Of a DNA stretch of 64,000 bases, positions 46,477 to 58,021 are shown piece after piece. Location: assembly GCA_002269645.1 (NCBI GenBank), contig NIVC01000106.1, forward strand, positions 310,001 to 374,000, written 5' to 3'. Every line of letters begins with the position of its first letter. Positions within the stretch are counted from its first letter, which is position 1. Source of the stretch: Macrostomum lignano. Taxonomy: Eukaryota. Under the pieces are notes generated by a model that was given only the letters and a program-made list of their open reading frames with translations, did not search any database and was not told the DNA's origin. The position numbers and the translations under genes are program-made.

Positions 46477-48312
46477 GATTTCTCTCGAAATCGCGGTACG
46501 TTACTAGTTTTTATCACACCATCCAGATGCGTCAACTAGTCAGCAGTAGTCATTTATATGTTATTAGAACTTACAAACCCAGGTCAGGTAAATATTACAA
46601 AGAGTATATTACGTACACACGCCAACTCCGAATACCAAGCCATACTAGTCTACTTGCAGTGCTCCTGGAGGGAAGGGACGGTCAAGAGTTACACACCAAG
46701 AATGCATTCACACAAAGAGTACACCACTCGAGCCCCGTCCATGCGCCCCGATATGTATGACGCAGGCAACCCTCCCGACATGTATGCCGCAGGCGACCCT
46801 CCCGACATGTACCCAACATGTATGTCGCAGGCGACCCTACTGACATGTACCCCGACATGTACACCCTACCAAATGGCACTCGAGCCACAGGTGCCAAGCG
46901 GCCCCCCGAAATGTACGCCGCGGGCGCCCCCCCTCCCGAGCCGAAGGTACACTCTTCCAATATGAGTGTACACTCTCCCAATACAAGTGTACACTCTCCC
47001 GATATGAGTGTACATCGATTTGTAGTCAACAATACCTATTAACACAAAATTAGGCTAGTGAAAACTACTTATAGTAGGTGAAATTGCGTATATTTACGTA
47101 AAAAGTAAGCAAAACACATATTAATCACATCAGTAGGTGTAAATATCAGGGCATAATACATATTACGAAACATATAGGTGTACGGACATATAGAATTAAG
47201 CATATGGACAGCAAAAACACACAATGTAGGTGCATTTATCGATATTTTGGCAGAAAAGTAGGTGAAATAGACAAAATAGTAGGTATAATTCACAGAACCT
47301 ACTCATTAGTGTAGTAGGCGCTTGTAGATGCTAGTATATTGTAAAACATAGGTTGAAATACACATACGCACAGTAGATACAAGTATAATGCAGGTGCATA
47401 TGCACACACTGTAGATTCGAATTATGTAGATGCATAGGCTAAAATACACACATCGTAGAGACAGAAGCAGGCATAATGCAGGAAAATTATGATACATATT
47501 AGTGCGTAAAGTATCATATTATGACACGCTGTAGCACATATTGACATAATGCAGGGGAAAATATTGACAGAAATAGTACACAATTGTAGAGGTAACAACC
47601 CGCCAACTAGTAAGGGCATCCAGCACTTGTTCAGGTTTTTATTATTTCGAGACGAGTGTCATGCCCCCGCAAGAGATCTTATCAGAAATTTGTTGAACTC
47701 CACTGCAACTCTCCCAGAGCCTCCAAATGCGAGTTTTTAACCCAGGGTCGAGTACAAAGGACCCGCCCACTCTTAACCCCAAGGGGTGATCCTAGCGGAG
47801 ACCAAGTACAGTGCGGACGGAGAGGGATAACAGAAAGCGCTGCACTGCACCAGACCGTGGGGCTGCATTCCTCCCCCGAGGTAGGCGCGTCAGCTCCCAC
47901 TCCTCATTTAACCATCAAGTAAACTAAAGAAGTCAAGCAGAAAGCCTTACTATCACCTGCAGCCAGCACAAGTAAGAGTACTTTCCACTAGAGAGCTATA
48001 GTGCAAGATTCGCGAGCCAAGTTGAAGCACACCAAATTACACTAAAGACATATGTATTAAAAAGCATACCGGCACCTCTACAAAAACACAGTATGTACCG
48101 ATTAAAGTTGCTTTTGGTGCAGTGTATTTAATAAAAAGCAGGTACCTAACACAAAAGTAGGCATCAATGCAGTGCACGGACTAAACTGTATTTACAAACG
48201 CAGGGCAACGAACTACACACAATGTAGCGCATAGACATAATTGTACGCATAAATGTACGCAATTTCCGGTATATAGGACCACATGTACGCAAATGTACAC
48301 AATGTACACAAA

Positions 48313-48389
<77 letters not shown>

Positions 48390-48476
48390 AGGCGTATCCT
48401 GCAGAGCGCATCCTGCAGCGCCGATCGCCGCAGGCGATGGCGCCATCGGCAGGAAGCTCTTGCTGTGAATACGCCT

Positions 48477-48553
<77 letters not shown>

Positions 48554-50391
48554 TTTGTGTACATTGTGTACATTTGCGTACATGTGGTCCTATATACCGG
48601 AAATTGCGTACATTTATGCGTACAATTATGTCTATGCGCTACATTGTGTGTAGTTCGTTGCCCTGCGTTTGTAAATACAGTTTAGTCCGTGCACTGCATT
48701 GATGCCTACTTTTGTGTTAGGTACCTGCTTTTTATTAAATACACTGCACCAAAAGCAACTTTAATCGGTACATACTGTGTTTTTGTAGAGGTGCCGGTAT
48801 GCTTTTTAATACATATGTCTTTAGTGTAATTTGGTGTGCTTCAACTTGGCTCGCGAATCTTGCACTATAGCTCTCTAGTGGAAAGTACTCTTACTTGTGC
48901 TGGCTGCAGGTGATAGTAAGGCTTTCTGCTTGACTTCTTTAGTTTACTTGATGGTTAAATGAGGAGTGGGAGCTGACGCGCCTACCTCGGGGGAGGAATG
49001 CAGCCCACGGTCTGGTGCAGTGCAGCGCTTTCTGTTATCCCTCTCCGTCCGCACTGTACTTGGTCTCCGCTAGGATCACCCCTTGGGGTTAAGAGTGGGC
49101 GGGTCCTTTGTACTCGACCCTGGGTTAAAAACTCGCATTTGGAGGCTCTGGGAGAGTTGCAGTGGAGTTCAACAAATTTCTGATAAGATCTCTTGCGGGG
49201 CATGACACTCGTCTCGAAATAATAAAAACCTGAACAAGCGCTGGATGCCCTTACTAGTTGGCGGGTTGTTACCTCTACAATTGTGTACTATTTCTGTCAA
49301 TATTTTCCCCTGCATTATGTCAATATGTGCTACAGCGTGTCATAATATGATACTTTACGCACTAATATGTATCATAATTTTCCTGCATTATGCCTGCTTC
49401 TGTCTCTACGATGTGTGTATTTTAGCCTATGCATCTACATAATTCGAATCTACAGTGTGTGCATATGCACCTGCATTATACTTGTATCTACTGTGCGTAT
49501 GTGTATTTCAACCTATGTTTTACAATATACTAGCATCTACAAGCGCCTACTACACTAATGAGTAGGTTCTGTGAATTATACCTACTATTTTGTCTATTTC
49601 ACCTACTTTTCTGCCAAAATATCGATAAATGCACCTACATTGTGTGTTTTTGCTGTCCATATGCTTAATTCTATATGTCCGTACACCTATATGTTTCGTA
49701 ATATGTATTATGCCCTGATATTTACACCTACTGATGTGATTAATATGTGTTTTGCTTACTTTTTACGTAAATATACGCAATTTCACCTACTATAAGTAGT
49801 TTTCACTAGCCTAATTTTGTGTTAATAGGTATTGTTGACTACAAATCGATGTACACTCATATCGGGAGAGTGTACACTTGTATTGGGAGAGTGTACACTC
49901 ATATTGGAAGAGTGTACCTTCGGCTCGGGAGGGGGGCGCCCGCGGCGTACATTTCGGGGGGCCGCTTGGCACCTGTGGCTCGAGTGCCATTTGGTAGGGT
50001 GTACATGTCGGGGTACATGTCAGTAGGGTCGCCTGCGACATACATGTTGGGTACATGTCGGGAGGGTCGCCTGCGGCATACATGTCGGGAGGGTTGCCTG
50101 CGTCATACATATCGGGCGCATGGACGGGGCTCGAGTGGTGTACTCTTTGTGTGAATGCATTCTTGGTGTGTAACTCTTGACCGTCCCTTCCCTCCAGGAG
50201 CACTGCAAGTAGACTAGTATGGCTTGGTATTCGGAGTTGGCGTGTGTACGTAATATACTCTTTGTAATATTTACCTGACCTGGGTTTGTAAGTTCTAATA
50301 ACATATAAATGACTACTGCTGACTAGTTGACGCATCTGGATGGTGTGATAAAAACTAGTAACGTACCGCGATTTCGAGAGAAATCCTAGCA
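46471..50391. repeat. 3.9-kb foldback (two ~1.93-kb inverted arms, 71-bp GC-rich apex at 48398-48468) inserted in the left TIR
   Basis: Mirror ORF pairs (47069/49571, 47306/49367, 47422/49245); (CA)n and (TG)n flank the apex; a few substitutions and 1-bp indels between arms. Confidence 0.93.
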
Positions 50392-50525
50392 AGTAGTAGG
50401 GGAAATGTGGACTCTGCCGCAGGAATTTCCGTGGGAAAACCACGGGCCTATGTGTGTAAACATAGCGCCTATGTAAATGCATTGGTGGACTCTGCCGCAG
50501 GGAAAGCCATGGAAATTCCATGGGG
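50392..50525. repeat. Left TIR, inner part (pairs with 62377-62511)
   Basis: AGTAGTAGGGGAAATGTGGACTCTGCCGCAGG...CCATGGGG is the reverse complement of the right copy, with a few mismatches. Confidence 0.88.
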
Positions 50526-50589
50526 CCTTAGTGAGAGAACATAGGCCTATGTTTTTCTATTGCTGTATGTCTGCTGCAGTGGTTTAGTC

Positions 50590-50596
50590 TATATAA
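50590..50596 (+). promoter_or_regulatory. TATA box candidate (TATATAA) upstream of the PC4-like gene
   Basis: About 65 nt before ATG 50660, just inside the TIR. Confidence 0.45.
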
Positions 50597-50659
50597 GGAC
50601 CAAAAAAATCTCTTTGATTCATGAAAAATCGAATTTTTTTTTCTGTTAGAGTTTAAGTC

Positions 50660-51424
50660 ATGGACATCGGCGAAGGATATAAACTCCAAATACAGGAGTA
50701 TGAAGGAGTTATGTTCATTGCTATCAGAAAATTTTACCGACATGGCAGCACTGCGAGTTTGAAACCTGGAGTCCCCGGCTTCAATTTGAACATCCGTCAG
50801 TGGGAGAAGCTCAAGGAGTTGAAGCGATCACTTGTCAAGGCGGCCTTGGACAAACAGCCAAAGGTTGTCAAACTCGGCTTCGATAAGTTCATCGAAGTGA
50901 AAAACGGCATTATCTGGTTAAAGCGATTGCCGGAGGACTGCTGCGACGAGTTTCTTAAGCGGAACACCGTGCCGCTGACACCGCCGCTGTGGCGAAAGCT
51001 GTGGCAGTACGCGGATTGGATCGACGAGCAGCTATCGGCTCCACGTGAGATTTCCGATGCATACGAGCTGGAGTCGGGATCTTCCTCCGACAGCATCGAA
51101 AATGAAGACGATGCTGGCGAAAACGCGGAAGAGACCAAGCCGGTAGTGAAGGCGGAGGACGATGCTGCTGCTGCTGCTGGCGAGGCTGGCATGCCATCCA
51201 ATCTGCAAATCGACACAGCGTTTGCCACTTCAACGCCTCTGCAACTGACCAAGCCAGCAGCTGGAGCGATTCCTCGGCAGGACACTGATCTGCAAGAGGA
51301 CCCAGTCTGGTACCAGTTCCGAGCTCAAGCAGCCGCCGCTGAGAACGCCAGGAAACGCAAGCAGCCGCCATTCGCTCTGCGCAGATTGGATGCCATGAAG
51401 CTGCCCAGGCCGTGCTTCGACTGA
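50660..51424 (+). CDS. PC4/Sub1-like ssDNA-binding protein, probably two PC4 domains plus an acidic tail
   Basis: DIGEGYKLQIQEYEGVMFIAIRKFY...KPGVPGFNLNIRQWEKLKE matches the PC4 pattern; weaker second copy LGFDKFIEV...VPLTPPLWRKL. Confidence 0.78.
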   Translation: MDIGEGYKLQIQEYEGVMFIAIRKFYRHGSTASLKPGVPGFNLNIRQWEKLKELKRSLVKAALDKQPKVVKLGFDKFIEVKNGIIWLKRLPEDCCDEFLKRNTVPLTPPLWRKLWQYADWIDEQLSAPREISDAYELESGSSSDSIENEDDAGENAEETKPVVKAEDDAAAAAGEAGMPSNLQIDTAFATSTPLQLTKPAAGAIPRQDTDLQEDPVWYQFRAQAAAAENARKRKQPPFALRRLDAMKLPRPCFD

Positions 51425-51591
51425 TTGCAGACCCTCTGACATTGAGACAAACTCTGTGCTACGAGCTATTTATCCAGACCTGCTTTCCATCTCTTTGTTT
51501 GAAAAAATATATATGCTTGCTTTCACATGCGCTATGCATTTTCAATGTCTTAAGAAAACCTAAAAATAAAAATGTTTCTTTGTTTCCGAAA

Positions 51592-52659
51592 ATGGAAAAA
51601 ATTTATTTCAACCCAAATCAGCCTGCGAGCTATTGCAGTTCTTCAAAACTGCAACCTGAACTGCGAAAAAGAGGCGAGCATATTGGAGTCAAGAGCATTG
51701 AGCAGTGGCTAAGTCAGCAGCCAGTACACACTCTGCATAAGCCAGCTAGAGTACGATTTCCAAGGGCGCCAATAATAGTGAGAGCCATTGATGATCAGTG
51801 GGAGATGGATCTGGTGGAAATGATTCCATTTGCAAAGTATAATCGCGGGCATAAATACATTCTCACCTGCATTGATGTTTTGTCTAAATTTGCAATGGCC
51901 AGAGCACTGAAGTCTAAGAGCGCGGCAGAAGTGAAATCTGCGTTTGAGAGCATGCTGAAGAGCTCAAAGCGGCAGCCGCGCACTGTCCGCACAGATCAGG
52001 GAAAGGAGTTTGTCAACGCAATTTTTCGCCAGTTCTGCATAGACCGGGGGATTCTGGCGTTTCCAACTAGCAGTGAGCACAAAGCAGCCATAATTGAAAG
52101 ATGGAATCGAACTTTAAAAAGCAAGATGTGGCGTTACTTTACTCACAACAGCACTCTACAATGGCTTGATGTGCTGCCTAAACTGGTCAAGTCCTATAAC
52201 AATACTTTCCACAGAAGCATCAAGACTACACCAATGAATGTCAGCAAAGCAAACGAGACTGAAGTGTGGATGAACCTTTATGATGGGAAAGCGATTGAGA
52301 CAGTTGAGAAACTGAGAAAACCGAAGTTCTGTGAAAACCAATCAGTGCGGATTTCCAATGCACCCAGACTCTTCAGGAAGGGATACAAGGCGAACTGGAG
52401 CGAAGAGGTGTACACCATAGTGTCTAGGGCACCAAAGCATTATCCCTACATGTACAGGATTCGAGACATGAAGGGGGAAGACATAAGAGGCCTCTTCCAC
52501 GAGCATGAGCTGCAAGCTGTTCCGGACTCGCAGCGGCTGTATGTAATCGAGAAGGTTCTGAAGACTGAGAAGCGGAAGGGTAAGATCCGATATCTCGTCA
52601 AGTGGGCCGGCTACAAGTCCACTGACTGGGTGGATGAGAAGGACTTAAGAAAAGTGTAA
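51592..52659 (+). CDS. Polinton retroviral-like integrase with C-terminal chromodomain
   Basis: QWEMDL / TDQGKEF / IERWNRTLK DDE triad; IEKVLK...YLVKWAGY chromodomain; likely start MEKIYFNP. Confidence 0.95.
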   Translation: MEKIYFNPNQPASYCSSSKLQPELRKRGEHIGVKSIEQWLSQQPVHTLHKPARVRFPRAPIIVRAIDDQWEMDLVEMIPFAKYNRGHKYILTCIDVLSKFAMARALKSKSAAEVKSAFESMLKSSKRQPRTVRTDQGKEFVNAIFRQFCIDRGILAFPTSSEHKAAIIERWNRTLKSKMWRYFTHNSTLQWLDVLPKLVKSYNNTFHRSIKTTPMNVSKANETEVWMNLYDGKAIETVEKLRKPKFCENQSVRISNAPRLFRKGYKANWSEEVYTIVSRAPKHYPYMYRIRDMKGEDIRGLFHEHELQAVPDSQRLYVIEKVLKTEKRKGKIRYLVKWAGYKSTDWVDEKDLRKV

Positions 52660-52689
52660 GATACCGACATTGTGCAGCCATTCCCAACT

Positions 52690-53498
52690 ATGAGAAGCAT
52701 CATCATTTGTAGCGAAAATGCTGAAGGTACTCCTAGTGACTTTCATTTTCACCTGCCTTCATCTATTTACTTGGATCGAAATGTGGACTATGAGGCAGGT
52801 CTGGCTGAAATCCATCTGCCTGCTGCATGGTTCAATGTTGACGAGCCTTACTGCTTCACTGTCTCAGATGGAAGAGAGCATGAGGCCCTGGTTCTTCAAC
52901 CCGGACGCTTTGCTAGAGTGGAGGAACTGGTTGAGCGCATGAATGAGCTGCTGGCCAACTCTGAGTCACTGTTCTTCGATGCAATGAGCGAAAGGGAGTC
53001 TGAAATGGAAGCTGATGAGTCCGGTTTAATGGGGCGAGCAGCGCTAGAGATATTGGCATAAAGTTTGAAATCCAAGAGTTGAGAACAGTAGTGCTCAACA
53101 ACACGGCTCGAGCAGAATTGTTCCTTCCATCAAGTAAAATTCTGCAGTGGCTGGGATTCGGAAACCAGCCTGTGAAGATCCCACCCGGACGGCAAGTGTC
53201 ACTCTGCTGCATCGGTTGTCCGCCCACCAACCTGATCAACTTGCACTGCAGCATTGTGGAGCGAACAAACTGTAACTGGAACTCCGTGCTGCGAACTGTG
53301 AGCATGTCATCCGATGTCGAATGGGGCAGCTACATGAGCAAAGTGTTTAAGAAAGCAATTTTCTTCCCGATTCAGAAAGCTAATTTTCTACATGGCATTA
53401 GATTTCAACTGCGTGACATCTTTGGCTACTCACTGACTGCTCGGAGCAGCAGCCCTGTTCTGCTCACAGTTCATATTCGGGAAAGGCTAATACAATGA
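52690..53498 (+). pseudogene. Minor capsid (penton) protein, one frameshift near 53040
   Basis: DFHFHLPSSIYL...YEAGLAEIHLP..WFNV N-terminus; C-terminal INLHCSIV...LRTV...FQLRD...LTVHIR in another frame. Confidence 0.75.
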
Positions 53499-53905
53499 AC
53501 TACCAACAGCTGATTCGTCAGTATTCAGGGACTCTGGCAGGAAGCCAAAAGCCGGCGCTCTATGGCTGTGGGAGTTTTCCAGGAATCATGACTTACCAGC
53601 CTCCTCCAGAAGCTTCCACAAAGTCAATATCGCTATCAAAGCCAGCCCATACCACCGCCAGCGGTAGCAGCAGCAACAGCAGAAGCAATAGAAACAGACC
53701 AAAGCAGCGACTAGTCAAACAGGGCAGTAAGAAGCAGACAAAAAAGAAGAAAAAGAGTAAGACGGAGAAATCACCGAAAAGAAGCCAGTCAGGGCGAAAT
53801 AAACCTAAGAAAGGGAGGTCTAAAACTCAAAGCAAGAAAACAGGCAAAGGAAAGCAAAAAGTGAGCAAAAAGACTGTGAAACGTGTTCTGGACTCGCTCT
53901 CATAG
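53495..53905 (+). CDS. Small Lys/Ser/Arg-rich protein, probable DNA-condensing core protein
   Basis: 136 aa with a highly basic C-terminal half; ATGA overlap with the penton stop; sits between penton and MCP. Confidence 0.65.
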   Translation: MNYQQLIRQYSGTLAGSQKPALYGCGSFPGIMTYQPPPEASTKSISLSKPAHTTASGSSSNSRSNRNRPKQRLVKQGSKKQTKKKKKSKTEKSPKRSQSGRNKPKKGRSKTQSKKTGKGKQKVSKKTVKRVLDSLS

Positions 53906-53907
53906 CA

Positions 53908-55191
53908 ATGGCTTACGGATTCAACCCGAGACTCGATTTGTTCAAGTCCCCCATGCTGCAGACTGCCATTGAAAAATCCACATATGTTGATATTCACCCC
54001 GTGAACTCTATTGCTACTAACTCACCTATTGAATTCGACTGTCATCCATCGGCTGATGAGTACACTGATCTGCTGAGCTCATTCCTGTATATTCGCTGTC
54101 GCCTAGTCCGGCTTGGCGGGGCTTTGATGAGGGAGGAGGTTCGAAATGCCGATGGAGTTGTCACTGAGCGCAGAGACAGTGGGGTGCACCCAGAAAACTT
54201 TGTCCTGTCTACGGCATTCTCAGATGTAATCGTGAGCATCAACCAGCGCATTGTCTCAGGCGGAGACCAGCTCTACCCCTACCATGCCTACCTAAAAGCT
54301 CTCATGGGCTCATCCGATGCTCAGCAGTTAAAGTTCTACCCCGCCGGATTCCTGGAACCCGAAACTGCTGCTGAGGGGCATGCCGAGAGACACAGGGAGT
54401 CCCGCTGGGTGGAGTATGCGGGACCGCTGCTCAGCGACATCTTCCAGTGTCCTGTTCTGCTGCTGAACAATTTACACCTGCACATCAAGCTGATGCCCAG
54501 CGATACTGCATTCGCCATCCGAACCCCAGATGAGAACAACACAGCCTACCGAATGGAAATCTCCCACTGCATTCTGAACCTGCGCCGAGTCAAAGTGGCG
54601 CCTCACATCAGCCTGGCGCATGAGCAGGGACTGACCAATCAGAACGCACTCTACCCCATCGAGCGAACCGAAATGCAAAACTTTATTCTACCCCAGGGAA
54701 TTCAGTCAAAAAATATTGAAGGATTCACCCATGGCAAACTGCCGAAGTTCGTTATGCTGGTCTTCGTGAACCACCGAGCCTTCAATGGCCATCACCATTC
54801 CAGCCCCTTCGAGTTCCAGAGCTTCAACCTCAGCCAGCTAGCACTAAAGAAAGGTGGTGAAGCCATGTGCCACGCTGCATTTGCACCTGAGAATAATTCA
54901 TTCGTGAGAGAGTACTTGCACTACCTGAAAAGCTGTCAGTCAGCCAGCCCTACCAACTCGGTTCCGTGGGTCCCCTACCAGTTGTTCTCCAACGGCAACA
55001 CAGCTTTCGCATTCGATCTCACGCCTGAGGGAGCGGCCCTGTGGTACGGACAGAAGGAGGGCAATTTGCGGCTGGAGATTCGCTTCCGACAGGCCCTGGA
55101 GGAGCCTGTATCTCTGATTGTTATGTGCCTGTATGACTCACTGATTGAAGTCACCAAGCACAGGGAGATTCTGCTAGATTTTCCATCCTAG
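53908..55191 (+). CDS. Major capsid protein (double jelly-roll)
   Basis: 427 aa; LDLF...QTAIE..YV...P....SPIEF, YTDL..SFLY, YPYHAYL, A.YP, P....LVFV...AF.G....PF.F, Y...F..G....AFDLTP motifs typical of Polinton MCP. Confidence 0.9.
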   Translation: MAYGFNPRLDLFKSPMLQTAIEKSTYVDIHPVNSIATNSPIEFDCHPSADEYTDLLSSFLYIRCRLVRLGGALMREEVRNADGVVTERRDSGVHPENFVLSTAFSDVIVSINQRIVSGGDQLYPYHAYLKALMGSSDAQQLKFYPAGFLEPETAAEGHAERHRESRWVEYAGPLLSDIFQCPVLLLNNLHLHIKLMPSDTAFAIRTPDENNTAYRMEISHCILNLRRVKVAPHISLAHEQGLTNQNALYPIERTEMQNFILPQGIQSKNIEGFTHGKLPKFVMLVFVNHRAFNGHHHSSPFEFQSFNLSQLALKKGGEAMCHAAFAPENNSFVREYLHYLKSCQSASPTNSVPWVPYQLFSNGNTAFAFDLTPEGAALWYGQKEGNLRLEIRFRQALEEPVSLIVMCLYDSLIEVTKHREILLDFPS

Positions 55192-55214
55192 GAGTACGCT
55201 GGCGCAACGCTAAT

Positions 55215-55712
55215 ATGGATGCTTTTCAACTGCTTAAACTGGCTAAAAGCTTTTTGCCACAAAATAACTGTTTAATTATTGTCTTGAATTCAATAAATAA
55301 AACATCTTATGCTTTAAACATTATTCAGCGAGCAACTCTCAAAAGAAATTTATCTCGATGTAAGTTTATTTTCTTTCTGCTTCAGTACGGCTCGTCCTTT
55401 GGTCACTGGGTGGTTTGTTATGCTAATAAGGAGAATTCCATAGAACTCTTTAACTCTCTGGGCTGGGACTCCAGCACTTTAGAGATCATTCACAGAGCAC
55501 TGAAATCCTTTTGGTATTCTCCATTCTACTTACGTAGCAATGTGAATCGAATTCAGAGCTGCGACTCTGCTAAATGCGGTTTGTTCTGTCTCTTGTTTGC
55601 CTATCAAAAGTTTCGTTTCAAGCGCTCGTTTGAGTGGGTTCTGCGGCACCTCCATGCAAATCAGCAGAGCCACTTGAATGAAAGAATTCTGCAAAGGTTT
55701 AGAGTTGCTTAA
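55215..55712 (+). CDS. Adenain/Ulp1-like maturation cysteine protease
   Basis: GHWV...FNSLG...RIQ...KCGLFC; the catalytic Asp position reads Asn. Confidence 0.85.
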   Translation: MDAFQLLKLAKSFLPQNNCLIIVLNSINKTSYALNIIQRATLKRNLSRCKFIFFLLQYGSSFGHWVVCYANKENSIELFNSLGWDSSTLEIIHRALKSFWYSPFYLRSNVNRIQSCDSAKCGLFCLLFAYQKFRFKRSFEWVLRHLHANQQSHLNERILQRFRVA

Positions 55713-55765
55713 GAAAAAAGAAATTTAATTAGACTTTTAAAATCAAGGATTTAGCTCAACAGGCG

Positions 55766-56415
55766 ATGGAAACACGTGAGCGGATAAACTGTTATGATTG
55801 CGCCTGCGACAGGGAAGCTGCATGATTGTCAGCGGGCCTACAAATGCAGGAAAGACAACCTTCGTGAAACATCTGATACAATACAAGGATGTCCTGTTTG
55901 ATGTGAAGCCTGGGAGAGTTCTGTGGTACTACGGATTTCACAAGCAGCACACTCTGAGCTCAGCAGTCTCGGCGTGCACTGCAGCAGGGATTTCCCAGCA
56001 GTATCGAGACCGCACTGAGACCCAATGACCTGGTTGTATTTGATGACCTGATTGAAGAAACTTCCAATTCTGCTGCAATGCGAAATGTTTTCACTGGAAT
56101 TGCCCATCATTTGCCCTGCTTTCTGGTTATGCTGACCCAAAATGTATTTTTTAAAGGGAAGGAGTTGCGAACAATGAGTCTGAATGCGATGTACTTTGTG
56201 ATCATGAAGAACCCCAGAGACCAGCTGCAGATTGCGGCGCTGGGCAGGCAGTGTTTGCTGAGAAGCCCGGCTTTCTGCTGTCAGTGTTCAAGCACGTGAC
56301 ATCGCACGGCAGGGGAGCCTACCTGCTCCTGGATTTTCACCCTTCCACCCCTGATGAGCTGCGGGTCCGGGCTCGAATCCTGCCCAATCAGCGACCCCAC
56401 CTGGTTTACACTTAA
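55766..56415 (+). pseudogene. FtsK-like packaging ATPase with about three frameshifts
   Basis: Walker A GPTNAGKT, Walker B VVFDDL, LTQNVF...RTMSLNAMY...KNPRD and YLLLDFHP lie in different frames. Confidence 0.88.
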
Positions 56416-56432
56416 GAATAACAGCCGAGATT

Positions 56433-56780
56433 TTGGCATTTGTTCTATATTCTGCAACACAAATGATAATGGAAACCTTTGACTCACATGAAAGTTTGTT
56501 TGATGTTCTCGCGTCACCGAAATATTCCATCAGCTTTAAACGTCTGTTGATCAGAGCGGGTCCAAAAGCCGTACGTGAATTTCTCATTGAGGCCTGCTAC
56601 AACCTATTGCAAAACACTCTGTCGTTCTCACTCACTGAAAAGGCAGCGCTGGTGAAGCAAAAGCAAATAATCCGCAAAATTTCTACACATAGAAGAACTG
56701 CGGATCTGCTAAATACGGGTTTTATCAAAATTCTCTACATTCTAATAAAGCTAGTGAAGAAAAAGAAGCAAAATGAATAA
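56433..56780 (+). CDS. Conserved small Polinton protein
   Basis: LIEACYNLLQNTLSFS..EKAAL...IIRKI pattern resembles a small ORF common in Polintons; co-oriented in the cluster. Confidence 0.6.
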   Translation: MAFVLYSATQMIMETFDSHESLFDVLASPKYSISFKRLLIRAGPKAVREFLIEACYNLLQNTLSFSLTEKAALVKQKQIIRKISTHRRTADLLNTGFIKILYILIKLVKKKKQNE

Positions 56781-57495
56781 GTTCTCAGAAATGGTTCTGA
56801 TCCCCAAGTCAGAGTACGACATGCTCACACAGAATTTGAAGCCAGTCGAGTCTGAAATGGACACTGCTGTGAGATATGCGCAGAGGAAATGCAATGATAT
56901 TTTGCTTGCCGAGGATTGCCCAGACGATGTGAAAGCTGCCATGTACCATGATGCGATGAAGAGTTTGCTGGCCAAGCGCAAGCGGACTGGAAAGGATGGT
57001 GCGGTACCTGCGAGTGATGCAAAGATGCTGAAAACTGATATTGCACAAAGCAGCTGGGGGGAAAAGATCACCCAATCCGTGCCGCAGAAGTTTAAAGCGA
57101 GAGCCCGCAGTCTATGGGCCATCCTATCTGGCAATCCCTCTCTGATTCAGGTGTCCGAAAATGGCGAGGCGCAAATTTCTGGGAAGACAATACCCTCCTC
57201 AAACATCCTGGATTTGTTTCACAGTGCGGTGAGGGATTCGAAATGTGCCAGCGAGCCGGTAGGCTGGAGTGAGTTTGTCTCATTGCTTCAAGACAAAAAG
57301 CTTAACATCCCAGCTTCGGCTATAGGAAAGTCAGTAAGGCAGCTAATTTCTAAACCGGCTGTTTCTCCAGAGACCACCCCTGCACATCATACAGTTAAGG
57401 GATTCGGGAGTGGGAGAGCCTGGCTACACCTGAGCAGGAAAAAAAACTATTTAAGAAGGGGAACTGAGTCGGCTTCCCGACATCTTGCGTCTTGA
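56773..57495 (+). CDS. Conserved Polinton hypothetical protein (240 aa)
   Basis: NGE..ISGKTIPSSNILDL....V.....EPVGWSEF...L....IP.S.IG motif; start overlaps the previous stop. Confidence 0.65.
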   Translation: MNKFSEMVLIPKSEYDMLTQNLKPVESEMDTAVRYAQRKCNDILLAEDCPDDVKAAMYHDAMKSLLAKRKRTGKDGAVPASDAKMLKTDIAQSSWGEKITQSVPQKFKARARSLWAILSGNPSLIQVSENGEAQISGKTIPSSNILDLFHSAVRDSKCASEPVGWSEFVSLLQDKKLNIPASAIGKSVRQLISKPAVSPETTPAHHTVKGFGSGRAWLHLSRKKNYLRRGTESASRHLAS

Positions 57496-57507
57496 AACCA
57501 TCCGATC

Positions 57508-58021
57508 ATGAACTATATTGACTTCCAAGGCTTCCCACGCGAGAGATCGAGCAGAGATTTCGTTGTGAAGGAGCTGGCCATTGCCCAAGTCCGGGCTGGC
57601 AGTTACCATATCACTCATCACGTGTACGCCTCTCCGTTCTCATGGGACAGAATCTCACCTGAGATGCAAGTACATTACAGAAAGCTCTCAAAGAATTTGC
57701 ATCATTTCAAGTGGACAGATGGATCCCGACCGTACATGCATTTGGCTAATGACATTCTAAACATTGCTTACGGTCCCACCTGGACAAGCGGGGTGAAAAA
57801 GTCCATCTTTCTGACTGAGCTGCTTGGCAGACAGGTGTACAACCTAGAGGATCTGGGATCACCTTTGATTCAAGCATCTGATACTGGTTGTGCAGTGAAA
57901 AATGTATTACTGTACTACAACTGGCTGAAACCGAAGTTCTGTATCAACTTAAGAAGCGAGGTGTGCCCGCACCACTCAAAAGCTCGCAAAGACAGCACCA
58001 CTGACAGAAAGGACTCTCTAA
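57508..58021 (+). CDS. DEDD/DnaQ-like exonuclease-type Polinton protein; a frameshift probably lets it read past a TAA-ATG junction to 58353
   Basis: IDFQGF...FVVKELAI, HFKWTDG..PY, VYNLEDLGSP, CAVKNV motifs. Confidence 0.6.

Noticed and set aside
44644-50521. ORFs of 100-315 aa inside the TIR and foldback arms
   Set aside because: Low-complexity, mirrored in the inverted copies, no domains; likely non-coding.
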